Positions 19,636 through 30,226 of a stretch of DNA of 64,000 nucleotides are shown here, piece by piece. The stretch is from IMG/VR virus record IMGVR_UViG_3300031760_003956, positions 1-64,000 of that record. One strand, written 5' to 3'. Origin of the DNA: a virus. Lineage: Duplodnaviria; Caudoviricetes. The translations under genes were made by a program, and so were the position numbers. A model generated the notes under the pieces. That model had not been told where the DNA came from. It searched no databases and saw only the letters and a list, made by a program, of their open reading frames with translations. Within the stretch, counting starts at the first letter, position 1; the number at the start of each line of letters is the position of its first letter.

Positions 19636-21171
19636 TTGAGTAATAAAGAAATTGAGATACCTATTTATACATATACAGATTATAAAGCTGATAGTAAGTC
19701 TTTTGAGTCTGATTTAAAAAATGGTAAAGGTATTGATATTAATAGGTTCAAAAGACTTATGATTAGAGATGTATTAAATAGTGGTATTCTCGAAACAAAA
19801 TCACCTAAGATTGGTGGACGTTCTCTAACGAGAATTAGAGAGATACTTGATAACCCATCTGCTAATTGGAAAGAGATTATTAAAATATCTAATAGTTTAA
19901 TGAGGATTTCACCTCATTACTATAGAATAAATCATACATTAAGCAATATGATGTTGTTTAATTTCGGCGTTGATTTGGCTGTTGGCAATAATTCATTTAA
20001 AGCTGATACCATAAGAGCGAAATATGGAAAAATCATTATGCAACTTGAAAAGATGAATTTAAAACACGAATTTAAGAAAATTGCGAAGTTTTTGCCGTAT
20101 CAAGATGTTTATTGTGGTCTTGTGGCAGAAAATAACAATACATTCTTTATTCAGCGAGTTAAATTTAATCATTGGAAGTTACATAAGATAGAAGACGGAT
20201 TATATAGTTTTATTATCAATCTGCAAGCTATTTCGCCTAAAGAAATCAATGCTTATCCTGATTATGTTCGTAAAGAGTGGAATGAATATCATAAGGCTAT
20301 GGAGAACAAACAAAATTATAGTTCTTGGTATGAGCCTGATTATGATAAACAGATTTGCGTTAAACTTAATCACGATATTAGTTATCCATATCCGTGGCTA
20401 ATAGGCTTACTTCAAGATATTTTGGATTTAGATACCTATAAGAAATTGAAGTTGCAATCAGCGAGAACGGATAATTATAAAGCTATTTTAATTAAAGTAC
20501 CTATTGATTCATCTGCTGTTGATAAGCCTTTATTGACGTTAGAAACATTGGCTGCTTTTGCTGAGATAAATAAGAGTAGTATGAGTGATGACATTGGAAT
20601 GATACATACGTTGGGTTCTGATGGTGAAGCTATTAGTTTCCAAAACAATAATAATACTCGTAATAACGTATCTGACGCAATAGATGAAATTCATAACGCT
20701 TCGGGTGAAACCAAAGAGTTGTTTAATGGTTCATCAAGTGGTACGGCGGTTACAATGTCAATAGAAAATCTAAGTGGATTTGCTTATGACTTATATAGAC
20801 AATATGAGCGTTGGGTTAATAGATATATCAAAACTTATAATACGCAGTCATATATGTTTAGGTTTTATTTACTTGATATGACTATATTTAATAAGAAAGA
20901 TATTTCTAATAAATATAAAGACGCTTGTACTTTAGGTGCTACTGTAATAGATAAATGGATGGCTTCTATGGATATGACTCCGGCGACAATTATGGGGTCA
21001 TTTGTTTTACATAAAAGTATTTACGACTTTTCAAATAATTTTACACCTCTATCTTCTTCTTATAATTCAACGGCGAATAATGTGGGTAGACCTACCAATG
21101 AGTCGAAAGGTGAATTGTTAGATGAAAGCGGAGAAATAACCGCTGACGCAGATAGTAATATTGATAGATAG
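19636..21171 (+). CDS. portal protein
   Basis: About 510 aa directly after terL; YPYPWL and C-terminal PLSSSY...GRP motifs; AAGGAGG then TTG. Confidence 0.8.
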   Translation: MSNKEIEIPIYTYTDYKADSKSFESDLKNGKGIDINRFKRLMIRDVLNSGILETKSPKIGGRSLTRIREILDNPSANWKEIIKISNSLMRISPHYYRINHTLSNMMLFNFGVDLAVGNNSFKADTIRAKYGKIIMQLEKMNLKHEFKKIAKFLPYQDVYCGLVAENNNTFFIQRVKFNHWKLHKIEDGLYSFIINLQAISPKEINAYPDYVRKEWNEYHKAMENKQNYSSWYEPDYDKQICVKLNHDISYPYPWLIGLLQDILDLDTYKKLKLQSARTDNYKAILIKVPIDSSAVDKPLLTLETLAAFAEINKSSMSDDIGMIHTLGSDGEAISFQNNNNTRNNVSDAIDEIHNASGETKELFNGSSSGTAVTMSIENLSGFAYDLYRQYERWVNRYIKTYNTQSYMFRFYLLDMTIFNKKDISNKYKDACTLGATVIDKWMASMDMTPATIMGSFVLHKSIYDFSNNFTPLSSSYNSTANNVGRPTNESKGELLDESGEITADADSNIDR

Positions 21172-21184
21172 GAGGTAAAAGAAA

Positions 21185-22750
21185 ATGGAAGTTAGTAAAA
21201 ATTATATAAATAAATTTATGAAGTTCCCTGTGCGATTTGAGAAGATTGAAAGTATTGATTCAAATGATACAAGATTTACTAAAGTAAAAATTTTCTTAAT
21301 GCACTTGGGGCAAAATTACAATGGTAGTGTATTTGAAAAAGAGGTTGTTCAAACTGCTATACCTACTTTGCAGTACATACCGATTGTAGGTTTTATTGAG
21401 GAAAATCAATTTGGAGAAAAAGATTTTTCAGACCATCGTTATGTAATTATAAGTAATAGTAAGGGAGATTACGAGGAAAAATATCTCGGTGTTCCCTACG
21501 GCGTTATTGTATCTAATGGAGATAATAATGCACATTTTGAAACTGTAATGTGTGACGATGGTTATGAGCGAGAATTTCTTGTCGTTGAGGGTCTTCTGTG
21601 GAATATGTTTAAAGACAGTAAGATGATAATGGAGAGAGATTTTCGTAAAGGTCATTCAATGGAATTGTGGAATCCCGAAGATAGTGAATTTTCAGGAGAA
21701 GAAACCAATCCTGTTGATGGCTATATTAATGAAAATGGATTGTTTGTATTCACTAAGTTTTCTTTTCGTGCGGCTTGTATCTTGGGCGACCAATATGAGC
21801 CAGCTATGATAAATTCTTCCGTAGTGATTAATAATACGAAGTTCACAATGGCAGATTTCTTAAAGGAAATGCAAAGTGAAATAAATGATAAATTTACTAA
21901 GTTTGCAAAACTTAAAGAAAATCTTGAAAAAGGAGGAATGGAAATGGCTGACGTTGAAAACAAGAAACCGAAGGTAGACAAAGAAGATGTCACTGAGATT
22001 GTTGTTGAGGAAGTTGTGACCGAGGAAAGCGGTACACAGACTGAAACCGACAACACGGGTAGCGACAACACCAATACTCAGACTGAGAATACTGGTGATG
22101 ACAATACTGGTTCAGATTCTAATGATTCTACCGAGGTTCAGACTGGTGATAATACTGGCGATGGTAATGACACTACCAATACTGAAACCAATGGTAATGG
22201 CGACACTACAGGTAGCGATGATACAAATGGTGATACTAATGGTGGCGACACTACTAATACCGAAACTGAAACCACCGACACCACCAAAACAGGCGATAAT
22301 ACTGGAAATGGTGGCGATGGCGATGGTGACGGCAGTACCGATTATCAGGTTCAGTATTCAGATTTAAAGATTAAATATGATGAACTTGAATCTAAATATC
22401 AGTCTATTGTAAATGAACTTGGTGAAATTAAACCTAAATACGAGCAGTATGTAGCCGATGAACAGAAACGTAGTGAAGTTGAATTAGAGGCGGCTAAGGA
22501 CGCAGTATTTACAAAGTTCGTCAATATAATTGGCGAAAATCCCGATTTCATTGAGTTGCAGAGAAACAAGGCTAATCTCTCTCTTGATGAGATTAAAAAT
22601 CGTTGTAATAGTATTTACACGGACGCTACATTATCTAAGAATTTCGGTAAGAAGTCACAGACTAATTCTCTCGGAATCAACGATGATGAAGATTGCACCG
22701 ACAGTAAATATGTTTATAGCGAAAGATATGGTGTAATTCACAAGCACTAA
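21185..22750 (+). CDS. prohead protease-scaffold fusion
   Basis: HLGQNYNGS, HSMEL and CILG...EPAM protease motifs; T/D/G/N linker and coiled-coil C-terminus; lies after the portal. Confidence 0.75.
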   Translation: MEVSKNYINKFMKFPVRFEKIESIDSNDTRFTKVKIFLMHLGQNYNGSVFEKEVVQTAIPTLQYIPIVGFIEENQFGEKDFSDHRYVIISNSKGDYEEKYLGVPYGVIVSNGDNNAHFETVMCDDGYEREFLVVEGLLWNMFKDSKMIMERDFRKGHSMELWNPEDSEFSGEETNPVDGYINENGLFVFTKFSFRAACILGDQYEPAMINSSVVINNTKFTMADFLKEMQSEINDKFTKFAKLKENLEKGGMEMADVENKKPKVDKEDVTEIVVEEVVTEESGTQTETDNTGSDNTNTQTENTGDDNTGSDSNDSTEVQTGDNTGDGNDTTNTETNGNGDTTGSDDTNGDTNGGDTTNTETETTDTTKTGDNTGNGGDGDGDGSTDYQVQYSDLKIKYDELESKYQSIVNELGEIKPKYEQYVADEQKRSEVELEAAKDAVFTKFVNIIGENPDFIELQRNKANLSLDEIKNRCNSIYTDATLSKNFGKKSQTNSLGINDDEDCTDSKYVYSERYGVIHKH

Positions 22751-22827
22751 TTGAAACAAAAACGGATACGACATAGCAATCACCCTTAACTAAGGGTGGT
22801 TATTTTATTTATAAGGAGGAAAACAAT

Positions 22828-23370
22828 ATGGCATATGCAGTTTTTGAGTCAACAAATATGAAAAGCACATTTCATAGTGACATTATCAGCGTAGTAGCTG
22901 CTACAGATATTGAGAATGGTACTTTTGGATATGCTGACGGTCTTGCTACTGGCGAAACCGAGGTATATAACTTTGTTAAGGGTACATCTGCTGGCAAACA
23001 GGTAATCGTTGCCGATAATCCGGCTTGGGACGCTGATACTTCTAAGATTACAAATCAGAGAAAAGATAAGTATATTATTCCTGCTGGTACAGTATTTAGA
23101 GCGAGAATCGTTAATTTTGGCGATAAGTTCTCTATTTCTGCTGACGGCTTCACCGCAGCTACAAAGGCTGACGCAGCTAAGGATAAGTTTGTAACTATTG
23201 ACAGCACTACAGGTAAGCTCGTTGTAGCGGCTACCGCTTCAAATTCTTCGCCCGTTATGGAGGGTGTAATTGAGTCAACGAGAATCGCTGGTGCGACACT
23301 TGTAACCACAGCTAATAACTATGGTTATTCTCGTACTATGTACAAAGTAAGAGTAACTACTCTTGCGTAA
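22828..23370 (+). CDS. putative head decoration / minor capsid protein
   Basis: 180 aa, A/T/V-rich, between scaffold and capsid. Confidence 0.6.
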   Translation: MAYAVFESTNMKSTFHSDIISVVAATDIENGTFGYADGLATGETEVYNFVKGTSAGKQVIVADNPAWDADTSKITNQRKDKYIIPAGTVFRARIVNFGDKFSISADGFTAATKADAAKDKFVTIDSTTGKLVVAATASNSSPVMEGVIESTRIAGATLVTTANNYGYSRTMYKVRVTTLA

Positions 23371-23393
23371 TAGACTATAAGGAGGTAAAGATT

Positions 23394-24431
23394 ATGTATA
23401 ATTTTAGTGTAAAATCTGCTGACGCTCAGGAGAAGGTTCAGCAGTGCTTCAATCTTGCACTTGACCTTGCAAGACTCGACTATACACTTGAAGATGGTGT
23501 AACAGTTAAAGACCTTGAAACCGACCTTAGACAGAAGATTAAGGACGATATTCTTGGTGGACGTACTTTCTATCAGGCAATCAGAGCAAATGAGATTCTT
23601 ATTTACGAGATTACTGAGCAGATTGTTAATGTTGCGATTTCCGAGAATGTATTTGACTCTCCTTTCTGTGACGCATTTGTAGACGTTAAGTATCGTAATC
23701 TCGGTGACGAGAGTGCTTGGTATGCTGAGGGTGGACTTCTCTCAACAGCTAAGTTCTCAGGTAACTATTGGGATACAGACCGTGAGAGCCTTGACATTGG
23801 CGAGGAAATCAAACTCCCGAAAGAGTGGATTAAGATTCACGTTTATGAGGAAATTGAGCGTTTCTACACAGGCGTAGCACATCTTGATAAGGTAATGGAT
23901 AAGATTTATAAGTCCGTTAATAAGGCACTTCAAGACAGAATCTATGCTCAGTTTAGCAACGTAACAAACGCTGTTCCTTCTGATTTCACAGCTACTTGTA
24001 ACGATTCTGAGGGCGTACTTGCTATGGCTGATAAGGTAATGGCTGCTGGTGGCTATTCTAACCTTATTATTGCTGGTACAAGAATTGCTCTTAACAAGCT
24101 GGCTGGTAAGATTCCTACTCATATGTTTGCTAATTCTCAGAAAGAAGCAAAGGCTATGACTGGTTCTGTTGGTAACTGGGAGGGCTTTGACCTTATGCTT
24201 ATCCCTCAGACTTTACAGTCTGGCACATTTACACCGGCTCTTGACAACACTAAGATTTTCATTCTTGGTGGTGACACTAAGCCGATTAAGGTTGATTTCT
24301 ATGGAGATACACGTTCTAAGATGAAGGATGAGTTTGAGAATAACGACCAAACAGTTGATATTCAGCTTCAAACTCTGTTTGGAATGGCATTAGTCCTTCC
24401 CAGCTACTTTGCGTGTGTAACTCTCCAGTAA
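23394..24431 (+). CDS. major capsid protein
   Basis: 345 aa; position in the head module; biased codon use typical of high expression. Confidence 0.8.
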   Translation: MYNFSVKSADAQEKVQQCFNLALDLARLDYTLEDGVTVKDLETDLRQKIKDDILGGRTFYQAIRANEILIYEITEQIVNVAISENVFDSPFCDAFVDVKYRNLGDESAWYAEGGLLSTAKFSGNYWDTDRESLDIGEEIKLPKEWIKIHVYEEIERFYTGVAHLDKVMDKIYKSVNKALQDRIYAQFSNVTNAVPSDFTATCNDSEGVLAMADKVMAAGGYSNLIIAGTRIALNKLAGKIPTHMFANSQKEAKAMTGSVGNWEGFDLMLIPQTLQSGTFTPALDNTKIFILGGDTKPIKVDFYGDTRSKMKDEFENNDQTVDIQLQTLFGMALVLPSYFACVTLQ

Positions 24432-24471
24432 TATAAAACTAATATTTTAAAATAGAAAGGATGATTTAGAG

Positions 24472-25032
24472 ATGGCAAGAACTTCTACTAAATCTACTAC
24501 AAAGAAAACAACTAAAAAGACCGTGGCTACGGAGAAATCCGTAGCCACTTCTGATAAAGTGGTAGAAACAAAAAAGACAAAGGTTGTTGAAATCGACAAA
24601 GACGAGCTTATTGATGTTGTGGCTCTTGTTCCGAATGTGTCTTATTATGATAAGAAGACAGACGAAAGATATGAGTGGACGGAAGTAGGCGAAGTTACTG
24701 CTGTTCCTTATGAGGTAATTGAGAATATTTGGAAACAGTATAAGGATTACTTTAGAGGACTTGTTATTAAACCTATGGACGAAAGAGTTATTGAGAAACT
24801 TAAACTTGGTAATATCTTTGAGAAGTATGAGATTTTCACTAATCCCGATAATTACACAAAAGGTAATATTGGAGAAGTTATTGAGAATCTTAAAAAGGCA
24901 AGTCCGAGAGTTAAGACTTCTGTTTATACAATCATCAAGACATTTATTGCTGACGGAAGAATTACTGACGTACAAAGCATTATGAAACTTGATAAGGAAT
25001 TTGACTTAAATCTTATTGGTCTTGTAGGCTAA
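24472..25032 (+). CDS. hypothetical protein (head module)
   Basis: ORF track; K/T-rich N-terminus; synteny. Confidence 0.7.
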   Translation: MARTSTKSTTKKTTKKTVATEKSVATSDKVVETKKTKVVEIDKDELIDVVALVPNVSYYDKKTDERYEWTEVGEVTAVPYEVIENIWKQYKDYFRGLVIKPMDERVIEKLKLGNIFEKYEIFTNPDNYTKGNIGEVIENLKKASPRVKTSVYTIIKTFIADGRITDVQSIMKLDKEFDLNLIGLVG

Positions 25033-25057
25033 ACAATCTTTAGGAGGTTGAATTTCA

Positions 25058-25504
25058 ATGACAAATTATTCAAAAATCTATGCTTTGGCATTGAGAAAAC
25101 TTAAAGATTATGACCTCCCTCAAATGACACAGAAAGATGTAGAGGATTATCTGTTTGATTTGCTGACGATTGCAATACCGAGATTTCATATCTGCGATAA
25201 ATTATCGGAAAGAAATGATAATGAGGGGTATTTTGAAGCAGATTTAACAGATAAGGAAATGGATATTTTAAGTAATTATATGTTACTTCAATATATTGAT
25301 TCTGAATACTTAATTACCCCTACATTACTTAGTGTTGGTTTTAGTTCCTCAGATGTAAACGCTTTTAGTAATGCTAATCATTTAGATAAAATGACAGCTT
25401 TACACGATACTTTGCGTAGAGATACAGAAACACTTGTATCAAGATACTCTTATGAGAGCAAAGACAGGGCTGTAGACTTATTAGGCAGAGAAATTAAGAA
25501 ATAG
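25058..25504 (+). CDS. putative head-tail connector/adaptor
   Basis: Size and position after the capsid genes. Confidence 0.55.
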   Translation: MTNYSKIYALALRKLKDYDLPQMTQKDVEDYLFDLLTIAIPRFHICDKLSERNDNEGYFEADLTDKEMDILSNYMLLQYIDSEYLITPTLLSVGFSSSDVNAFSNANHLDKMTALHDTLRRDTETLVSRYSYESKDRAVDLLGREIKK

Positions 25505-25515
25505 GCGGTGGTATA

Positions 25516-26601
25516 ATGAGTAACTTAGAAACCGACTATTTTGATAGGTTTAAAAAGCGTATTGAACAAAGTGGAAACGATTTAAGGAGTGCTTATATTA
25601 AAAATAGCCGTGATAATTTAAAACAGGTATTTGGTAATGACCCATCTTTTAAAATGGGAATTTATCGTTGGGTACACGGTAATGAATCCGCTGATTATGA
25701 GAGCGAAAGCACTCTTGCTATAAGAATGTATAATCATAAATTTTCATCGGCTAACGGCAATACTGTTAATTTTATGACACAGGTTGATACGCCTGTTTAT
25801 GCTGGTGACATTTTTTATGATAGTGAGAATGATACTTATTGGATTTGTACCGAAGCGTACTTAAAGTCCGATATTAATTACGAAGGTACATTAACTCTTT
25901 GCACTTGGATTCTGCGTTGGCAGAATGACAAGGGTGATATTTTTAATTATCCTTGTTTTGTTACAAATGCTACTCAATATAATTCAGGTGAACAGCAAAG
26001 AAAGCAAATAGTTGTCGGTTCTGCTCAATTTCACGTTAAATTACCTTATGACGAAAATACAGTATGTATTAAGAGTTCTAAAAGGTTTTATATAGATAGA
26101 AATTCTGAATCTCCCGTAGTATATAAAACTACGGATAATGATACCATTTCTTTTGCTAATGGTAGTCGGGGTCTTGTTAAATTAACCGTTGAAGAAGATG
26201 AAGAAAATCTTGCAACTGATAGAGTTGATTTAGGCATATGTGATTATATAGACCCTGATGTGATTCAAAATACGCAGTCTACAAATACCGAGAATCCCGA
26301 CAATACGCAAACTATAATTCGTTCAGAGATAACATATAAAACAAATGTTATTAAGTCGGGCGGTAAGGCTCAGACATTTGAGGGTAAATTTTATCAAGAC
26401 AATGAAGTGCTTGATACGGTAGGTGATTGGGAAATCATCTCAAATTTCGCTAATGATTTACAAGTTACCAAAAACGGAAATAAAATAACAATTAAGGTTG
26501 ACAATGATGATTTAATTGACGAGGAATTTAAACTTGTTTTCAAAGACGAGAACGATGAAAATGAATCTTCGGTAATTATCAAAATTGTATCTTTAATATA
26601 G
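25516..26601 (+). CDS. putative head-closure / neck protein
   Basis: Beta-rich; synteny. Confidence 0.5.
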   Translation: MSNLETDYFDRFKKRIEQSGNDLRSAYIKNSRDNLKQVFGNDPSFKMGIYRWVHGNESADYESESTLAIRMYNHKFSSANGNTVNFMTQVDTPVYAGDIFYDSENDTYWICTEAYLKSDINYEGTLTLCTWILRWQNDKGDIFNYPCFVTNATQYNSGEQQRKQIVVGSAQFHVKLPYDENTVCIKSSKRFYIDRNSESPVVYKTTDNDTISFANGSRGLVKLTVEEDEENLATDRVDLGICDYIDPDVIQNTQSTNTENPDNTQTIIRSEITYKTNVIKSGGKAQTFEGKFYQDNEVLDTVGDWEIISNFANDLQVTKNGNKITIKVDNDDLIDEEFKLVFKDENDENESSVIIKIVSLI

Positions 26602-26614
26602 AAAGGGTGAGATT

Positions 26615-27115
26615 ATGGGTGACGGTTCAATCATCGGAGATATTAAACACGAAGTTATAAAACAAATTATAAATGACGAAGCGATTGTAAAAGCAATCGA
26701 CAGTCAACAAGTGTCGGATAAAGAAGATATAGACGAATTAATTGGTGTCAACATATTTGACTATAATCAAGACCCAAATACATTGGATAAAGCCGACACA
26801 ATTATTACTGTACAGGCTCATATTAATGAGGGCTATGATGTGAATGATACTTTTCTTGAAGCGGAATTGCAGATTATTATTATCTCACATTATAAGCATA
26901 TGAGGGTAAATAACGTACCCAAAATACGAGAAAATAGAAATGATTATATAGCGAGGCTTATTAAACGTAAGTTTAATGACAATAGACACCTTGCTATCGG
27001 TCATTTAAAACTTGTAAAAGACCACGAAGGAGCATATGTCAGAGATTATTTATATCGTGAGATTAAATTCACAGGATTAGATTTGAACGCAAATCTGTGT
27101 GATGACGATGAATAA
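26615..27115 (+). CDS. putative tail terminator / neck protein
   Basis: Size and synteny. Confidence 0.5.
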   Translation: MGDGSIIGDIKHEVIKQIINDEAIVKAIDSQQVSDKEDIDELIGVNIFDYNQDPNTLDKADTIITVQAHINEGYDVNDTFLEAELQIIIISHYKHMRVNNVPKIRENRNDYIARLIKRKFNDNRHLAIGHLKLVKDHEGAYVRDYLYREIKFTGLDLNANLCDDDE

Positions 27116-27944
27116 TTTTGACGAATTAAAAGCCTATTATGGTTATGACATAAAGGTTGCTCCTAAAATTTCAATTCATCAGCCGACATTAAAACAGATA
27201 ATGGATTTCGGAGAAGAAAAGTATTTCTCGGCTATTAAGAGTTTTACTTCGGTTGGTGCTGACCTAAAGGCTCAGTTATGGATTTTGGGTATTGATTATA
27301 CGCAAATAAACGATTACGATTTATTTTTAAAACTTGTTTCGCAATTAGTTTCAAGCAAAAAGAAATTATACTATAAAATGAGCAAAGATGACCCTGAAAA
27401 GTTTTTAAAACTTTCTAATGAAGAAAAAGAGGGTATGCTAATCAATCCAATGCAATTAATTTTGATTAATCCCGAAACAAGTGACAGTATAGATTTAGCG
27501 GATTTTGACTTGTATGAACACAAAGACACCAAAGATATTTATTTATACAATGTCAAAGACGATATTATGATAGATAGAGTCGTGTATACTATGGCTTGTG
27601 AAACTATAAGAAAGTTACACGGACTTGAAAGGAATAACCAAATCCCAGCTAACGAACAAACCAAAATGGATTTAATAGAGGACGCAATGGATGAGTTAGA
27701 AATGGCTCAAATGCAAGGGAGTCAGTTTAAGAGTATTATTAAACCACTTCATTCTTCTCTTGCTGTTCATTGTGGTTTGTGCGGTGATGAGGGATTATGG
27801 CATATCCCTATTGGTAGAGCGATAGAAAATTTAAAACGAATTACTAAAGAGAAAGATTCGGATATGTTACTACAAGGTGCGTATTCGGGTTTTGGTAGTT
27901 TAAAAGGTATTGATAAAAACCGTCTATCGTGGACTACTGACTAA
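27108..27944 (+). CDS. hypothetical protein (tail module)
   Basis: ORF track; overlaps the previous stop codon. Confidence 0.7.
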   Translation: MNNFDELKAYYGYDIKVAPKISIHQPTLKQIMDFGEEKYFSAIKSFTSVGADLKAQLWILGIDYTQINDYDLFLKLVSQLVSSKKKLYYKMSKDDPEKFLKLSNEEKEGMLINPMQLILINPETSDSIDLADFDLYEHKDTKDIYLYNVKDDIMIDRVVYTMACETIRKLHGLERNNQIPANEQTKMDLIEDAMDELEMAQMQGSQFKSIIKPLHSSLAVHCGLCGDEGLWHIPIGRAIENLKRITKEKDSDMLLQGAYSGFGSLKGIDKNRLSWTTD

Positions 27945-27947
27945 TCT

Positions 27948-27976
27948 CCCCTGTTTTATAGGGGTTTATTTTTTTT
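27948..27976 (+). terminator. intrinsic terminator
   Basis: cccctg...tagggg hairpin followed by a T-run. Confidence 0.6.
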
Positions 27977-28009
27977 GTATATTTTTAACCTATCAAGGAG
28001 GATACTATT

Positions 28010-28807
28010 ATGTTTAATAAAAATGAACTTATTTTAGACAAGGTGCGTAGAGCAAGTGCATTTGATATTGAAACAGCAAAGCAGATTATGACAATTAAGT
28101 CAATCGAAGACCCCTCACTTAACTGTACTGCTGAGGGCGAGGAAGTTGTTGACGCTTTTGGTTCTACTATTGATACAATTTATCGTGCTAAAAAGGGTGA
28201 GTTCACAGGTTCAAACTCTCTTATTAGTTTTGACCTTCTCGCTGCTCAGTATGGTACTGAAAAGGTTGTAGCGGCTCAGAACGATACTATTTCTGTACCT
28301 ACATATGAGATTCTTGAAATACCCACAACTGGTGGTAACGCTGGTAAGGTAACTCTTAAATATACACCTGACAAGGATATTAAGTATATCTATGCTTATA
28401 CTGCTGGTGATGTTGGTACTGCTTTCGCTAAGGGTACAGAAGTTTCTGCTACTGCGTTTGTTATTGCCGATAAGGAGATTACTGTTCCTACGGGTCTTAC
28501 GGGCAAGGTATTTGTTGAGTATTCTTATGCTTCTACTGAGGCTCTTAAAGTCGTTAATAAGGCTGAGAACTTCCCCGCAGAAGTTATGCTCAAAATCTAT
28601 GCTTACTTTAAGGACGTATGTAACAGCAATAAAATTTACTCTGGTGCTATTATTGCTCCTAAAGCAAAACTTAATCCTGAAAGTATTGAACTCGCTCTTA
28701 CTTCTACAGGTAAGCACCCCTTCACCTTTACAATTGCTAAGGATTATTGTGATGACGAGGGTGAACTGTTCACAGTTATTGTTGCGAATGGTGACGGTGC
28801 TGAGTAA
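28010..28807 (+). CDS. major tail tube protein
   Basis: 265 aa, beta-rich, strong RBS, biased codon use; position in the tail module. Confidence 0.7.
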   Translation: MFNKNELILDKVRRASAFDIETAKQIMTIKSIEDPSLNCTAEGEEVVDAFGSTIDTIYRAKKGEFTGSNSLISFDLLAAQYGTEKVVAAQNDTISVPTYEILEIPTTGGNAGKVTLKYTPDKDIKYIYAYTAGDVGTAFAKGTEVSATAFVIADKEITVPTGLTGKVFVEYSYASTEALKVVNKAENFPAEVMLKIYAYFKDVCNSNKIYSGAIIAPKAKLNPESIELALTSTGKHPFTFTIAKDYCDDEGELFTVIVANGDGAE

Positions 28808-28852
28808 TTAGCTTTTTTATTTTAAGTATAAACTGTACTTATTTATCACTTA

Positions 28853-28887
28853 CCACCGCAAGTTTCGGCTTGCGGTGGACTTTTTTT
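28853..28887 (+). terminator. intrinsic terminator
   Basis: ccaccgcaag-tttcgg-cttgcggtgg plus a T-run. Confidence 0.7.
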
Positions 28888-28901
28888 AAGAGGTGAAAAT
28901 T

Positions 28902-29279
28902 ATGGGAAAGATTAACGCTTATTGTGGCGTATGTGGTAAAGGTTATTATATGTGTTTGGCTTGTAAAGACGTAATGCAATCTGAGCCGTGGAAAACCTAT
29001 ACTGATACATCGGAGCATTATAAGATTTTCCAAATTCTTTATGGTAACTCCACGGGAGTATATACCGATATTGAAGCAAGAGATAGATTACTTAATGTTG
29101 ATTTATCAGATAAGGATACATTCTTAGATAATGTTCAAAGACATATTGATAGACTTTTATCTATCGAAGATGAGGAAAAGAAAATAGAAATAGAAAACGT
29201 AAAAGAAGATGAATACACTCCTATTGCCGAAAATACTGTTATTAAAACAAGACATTCAAAATTCGGTAAAAGGCGATAA
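28902..29279 (+). CDS. CxxC zinc-finger hypothetical protein
   Basis: CGVCG...CLAC; GAGGTG RBS before ATG 28902. Confidence 0.7.
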   Translation: MGKINAYCGVCGKGYYMCLACKDVMQSEPWKTYTDTSEHYKIFQILYGNSTGVYTDIEARDRLLNVDLSDKDTFLDNVQRHIDRLLSIEDEEKKIEIENVKEDEYTPIAENTVIKTRHSKFGKRR

Positions 29280-29466
29280 TTTTGTTCGGTAAAATGAAAT
29301 AATATTTTTAAACACAACACTAAGCTGAATGATTGTATTTATTGAATAGATGATAATTGGAGATTTAAAGTAGTGAGATTGAATAAGTCAATGTTGGTTT
29401 AAGGATATTATGTTTGCCGTAATATCCTTTTTTTTACGTTTCCAAATAATAGAAAGGACGAAAGAA

Positions 29467-29673
29467 ATGATAGTAACAAGTGATTTAACAGGAAAACAAT
29501 ATGATGATAACGAGGTTTTTTATTTTAGAAATCCAAAACAATGTGCATTTTATATTTCAAAATATGCTATACCCGTAGATATTTATACGGATAGGTCTAT
29601 GCAACTTGTTTTTGCGTTTAAGAAAGAAGACCATTTTAGACTTAGAGATGAATGGAATAACAGACCTCATTAG
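29467..29673 (+). CDS. small hypothetical protein
   Basis: AAGGA then ATG 29467. Confidence 0.65.
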   Translation: MIVTSDLTGKQYDDNEVFYFRNPKQCAFYISKYAIPVDIYTDRSMQLVFAFKKEDHFRLRDEWNNRPH

Positions 29674-29685
29674 AGGGGTGATTTT

Positions 29686-30216
29686 ATCAAAAATGTAGGA
29701 AAAAAATTTGAAGAACAGTTTGTAAAATCTATTCCCGATTATTGTTATGTTTACAGATTAAAAGATTCTGCTCAGTCTTTTGTGAATAGCGGTTTTAGCA
29801 AATTCTCTTGGGAGAATCCTTGTGATTTTTTTGTATTTGACGGTAATCAAAAACTGTTTTGTGGTTTTGAATTGAAGTCAACTAAAGGTAAAGCGGTTAG
29901 TTTTCAACGTGATAAAGACGATAAAAACCAAAGAATGATTAAATATCATCAAATCAAAGGATTGAGTAAAATAGCAAAGTACGAGGGTACGATTGCTGGG
30001 TTTATTATGAATTTTAGAGATGAGCAACGTGATATGGAGAGAAGTTATTTTCTTCGTATTGAAGATTTTAACAACTTTCGTCATACAACTACGAAAAACA
30101 GTATAAATGAAATTGAAATTATAAAACACGGTGCTATAAAAATCGAAGGTAAGAAACTTCGGAAATATTACATATGGGATATAGATAAATTATTAAAAGA
30201 AATAACTAAAATATAG
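29686..30216 (+). CDS. recU: RecU-like Holliday junction resolvase (PD-(D/E)xK), probable ATC start
   Basis: GKKFEEQF...PCDFFV...FELKSTKG...HQIKGL motifs; the reading frame extends upstream of the track start to ATC 29686. Confidence 0.7.
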   Translation: MKNVGKKFEEQFVKSIPDYCYVYRLKDSAQSFVNSGFSKFSWENPCDFFVFDGNQKLFCGFELKSTKGKAVSFQRDKDDKNQRMIKYHQIKGLSKIAKYEGTIAGFIMNFRDEQRDMERSYFLRIEDFNNFRHTTTKNSINEIEIIKHGAIKIEGKKLRKYYIWDIDKLLKEITKI

Positions 30217-30226
30217 GAGGAACACT

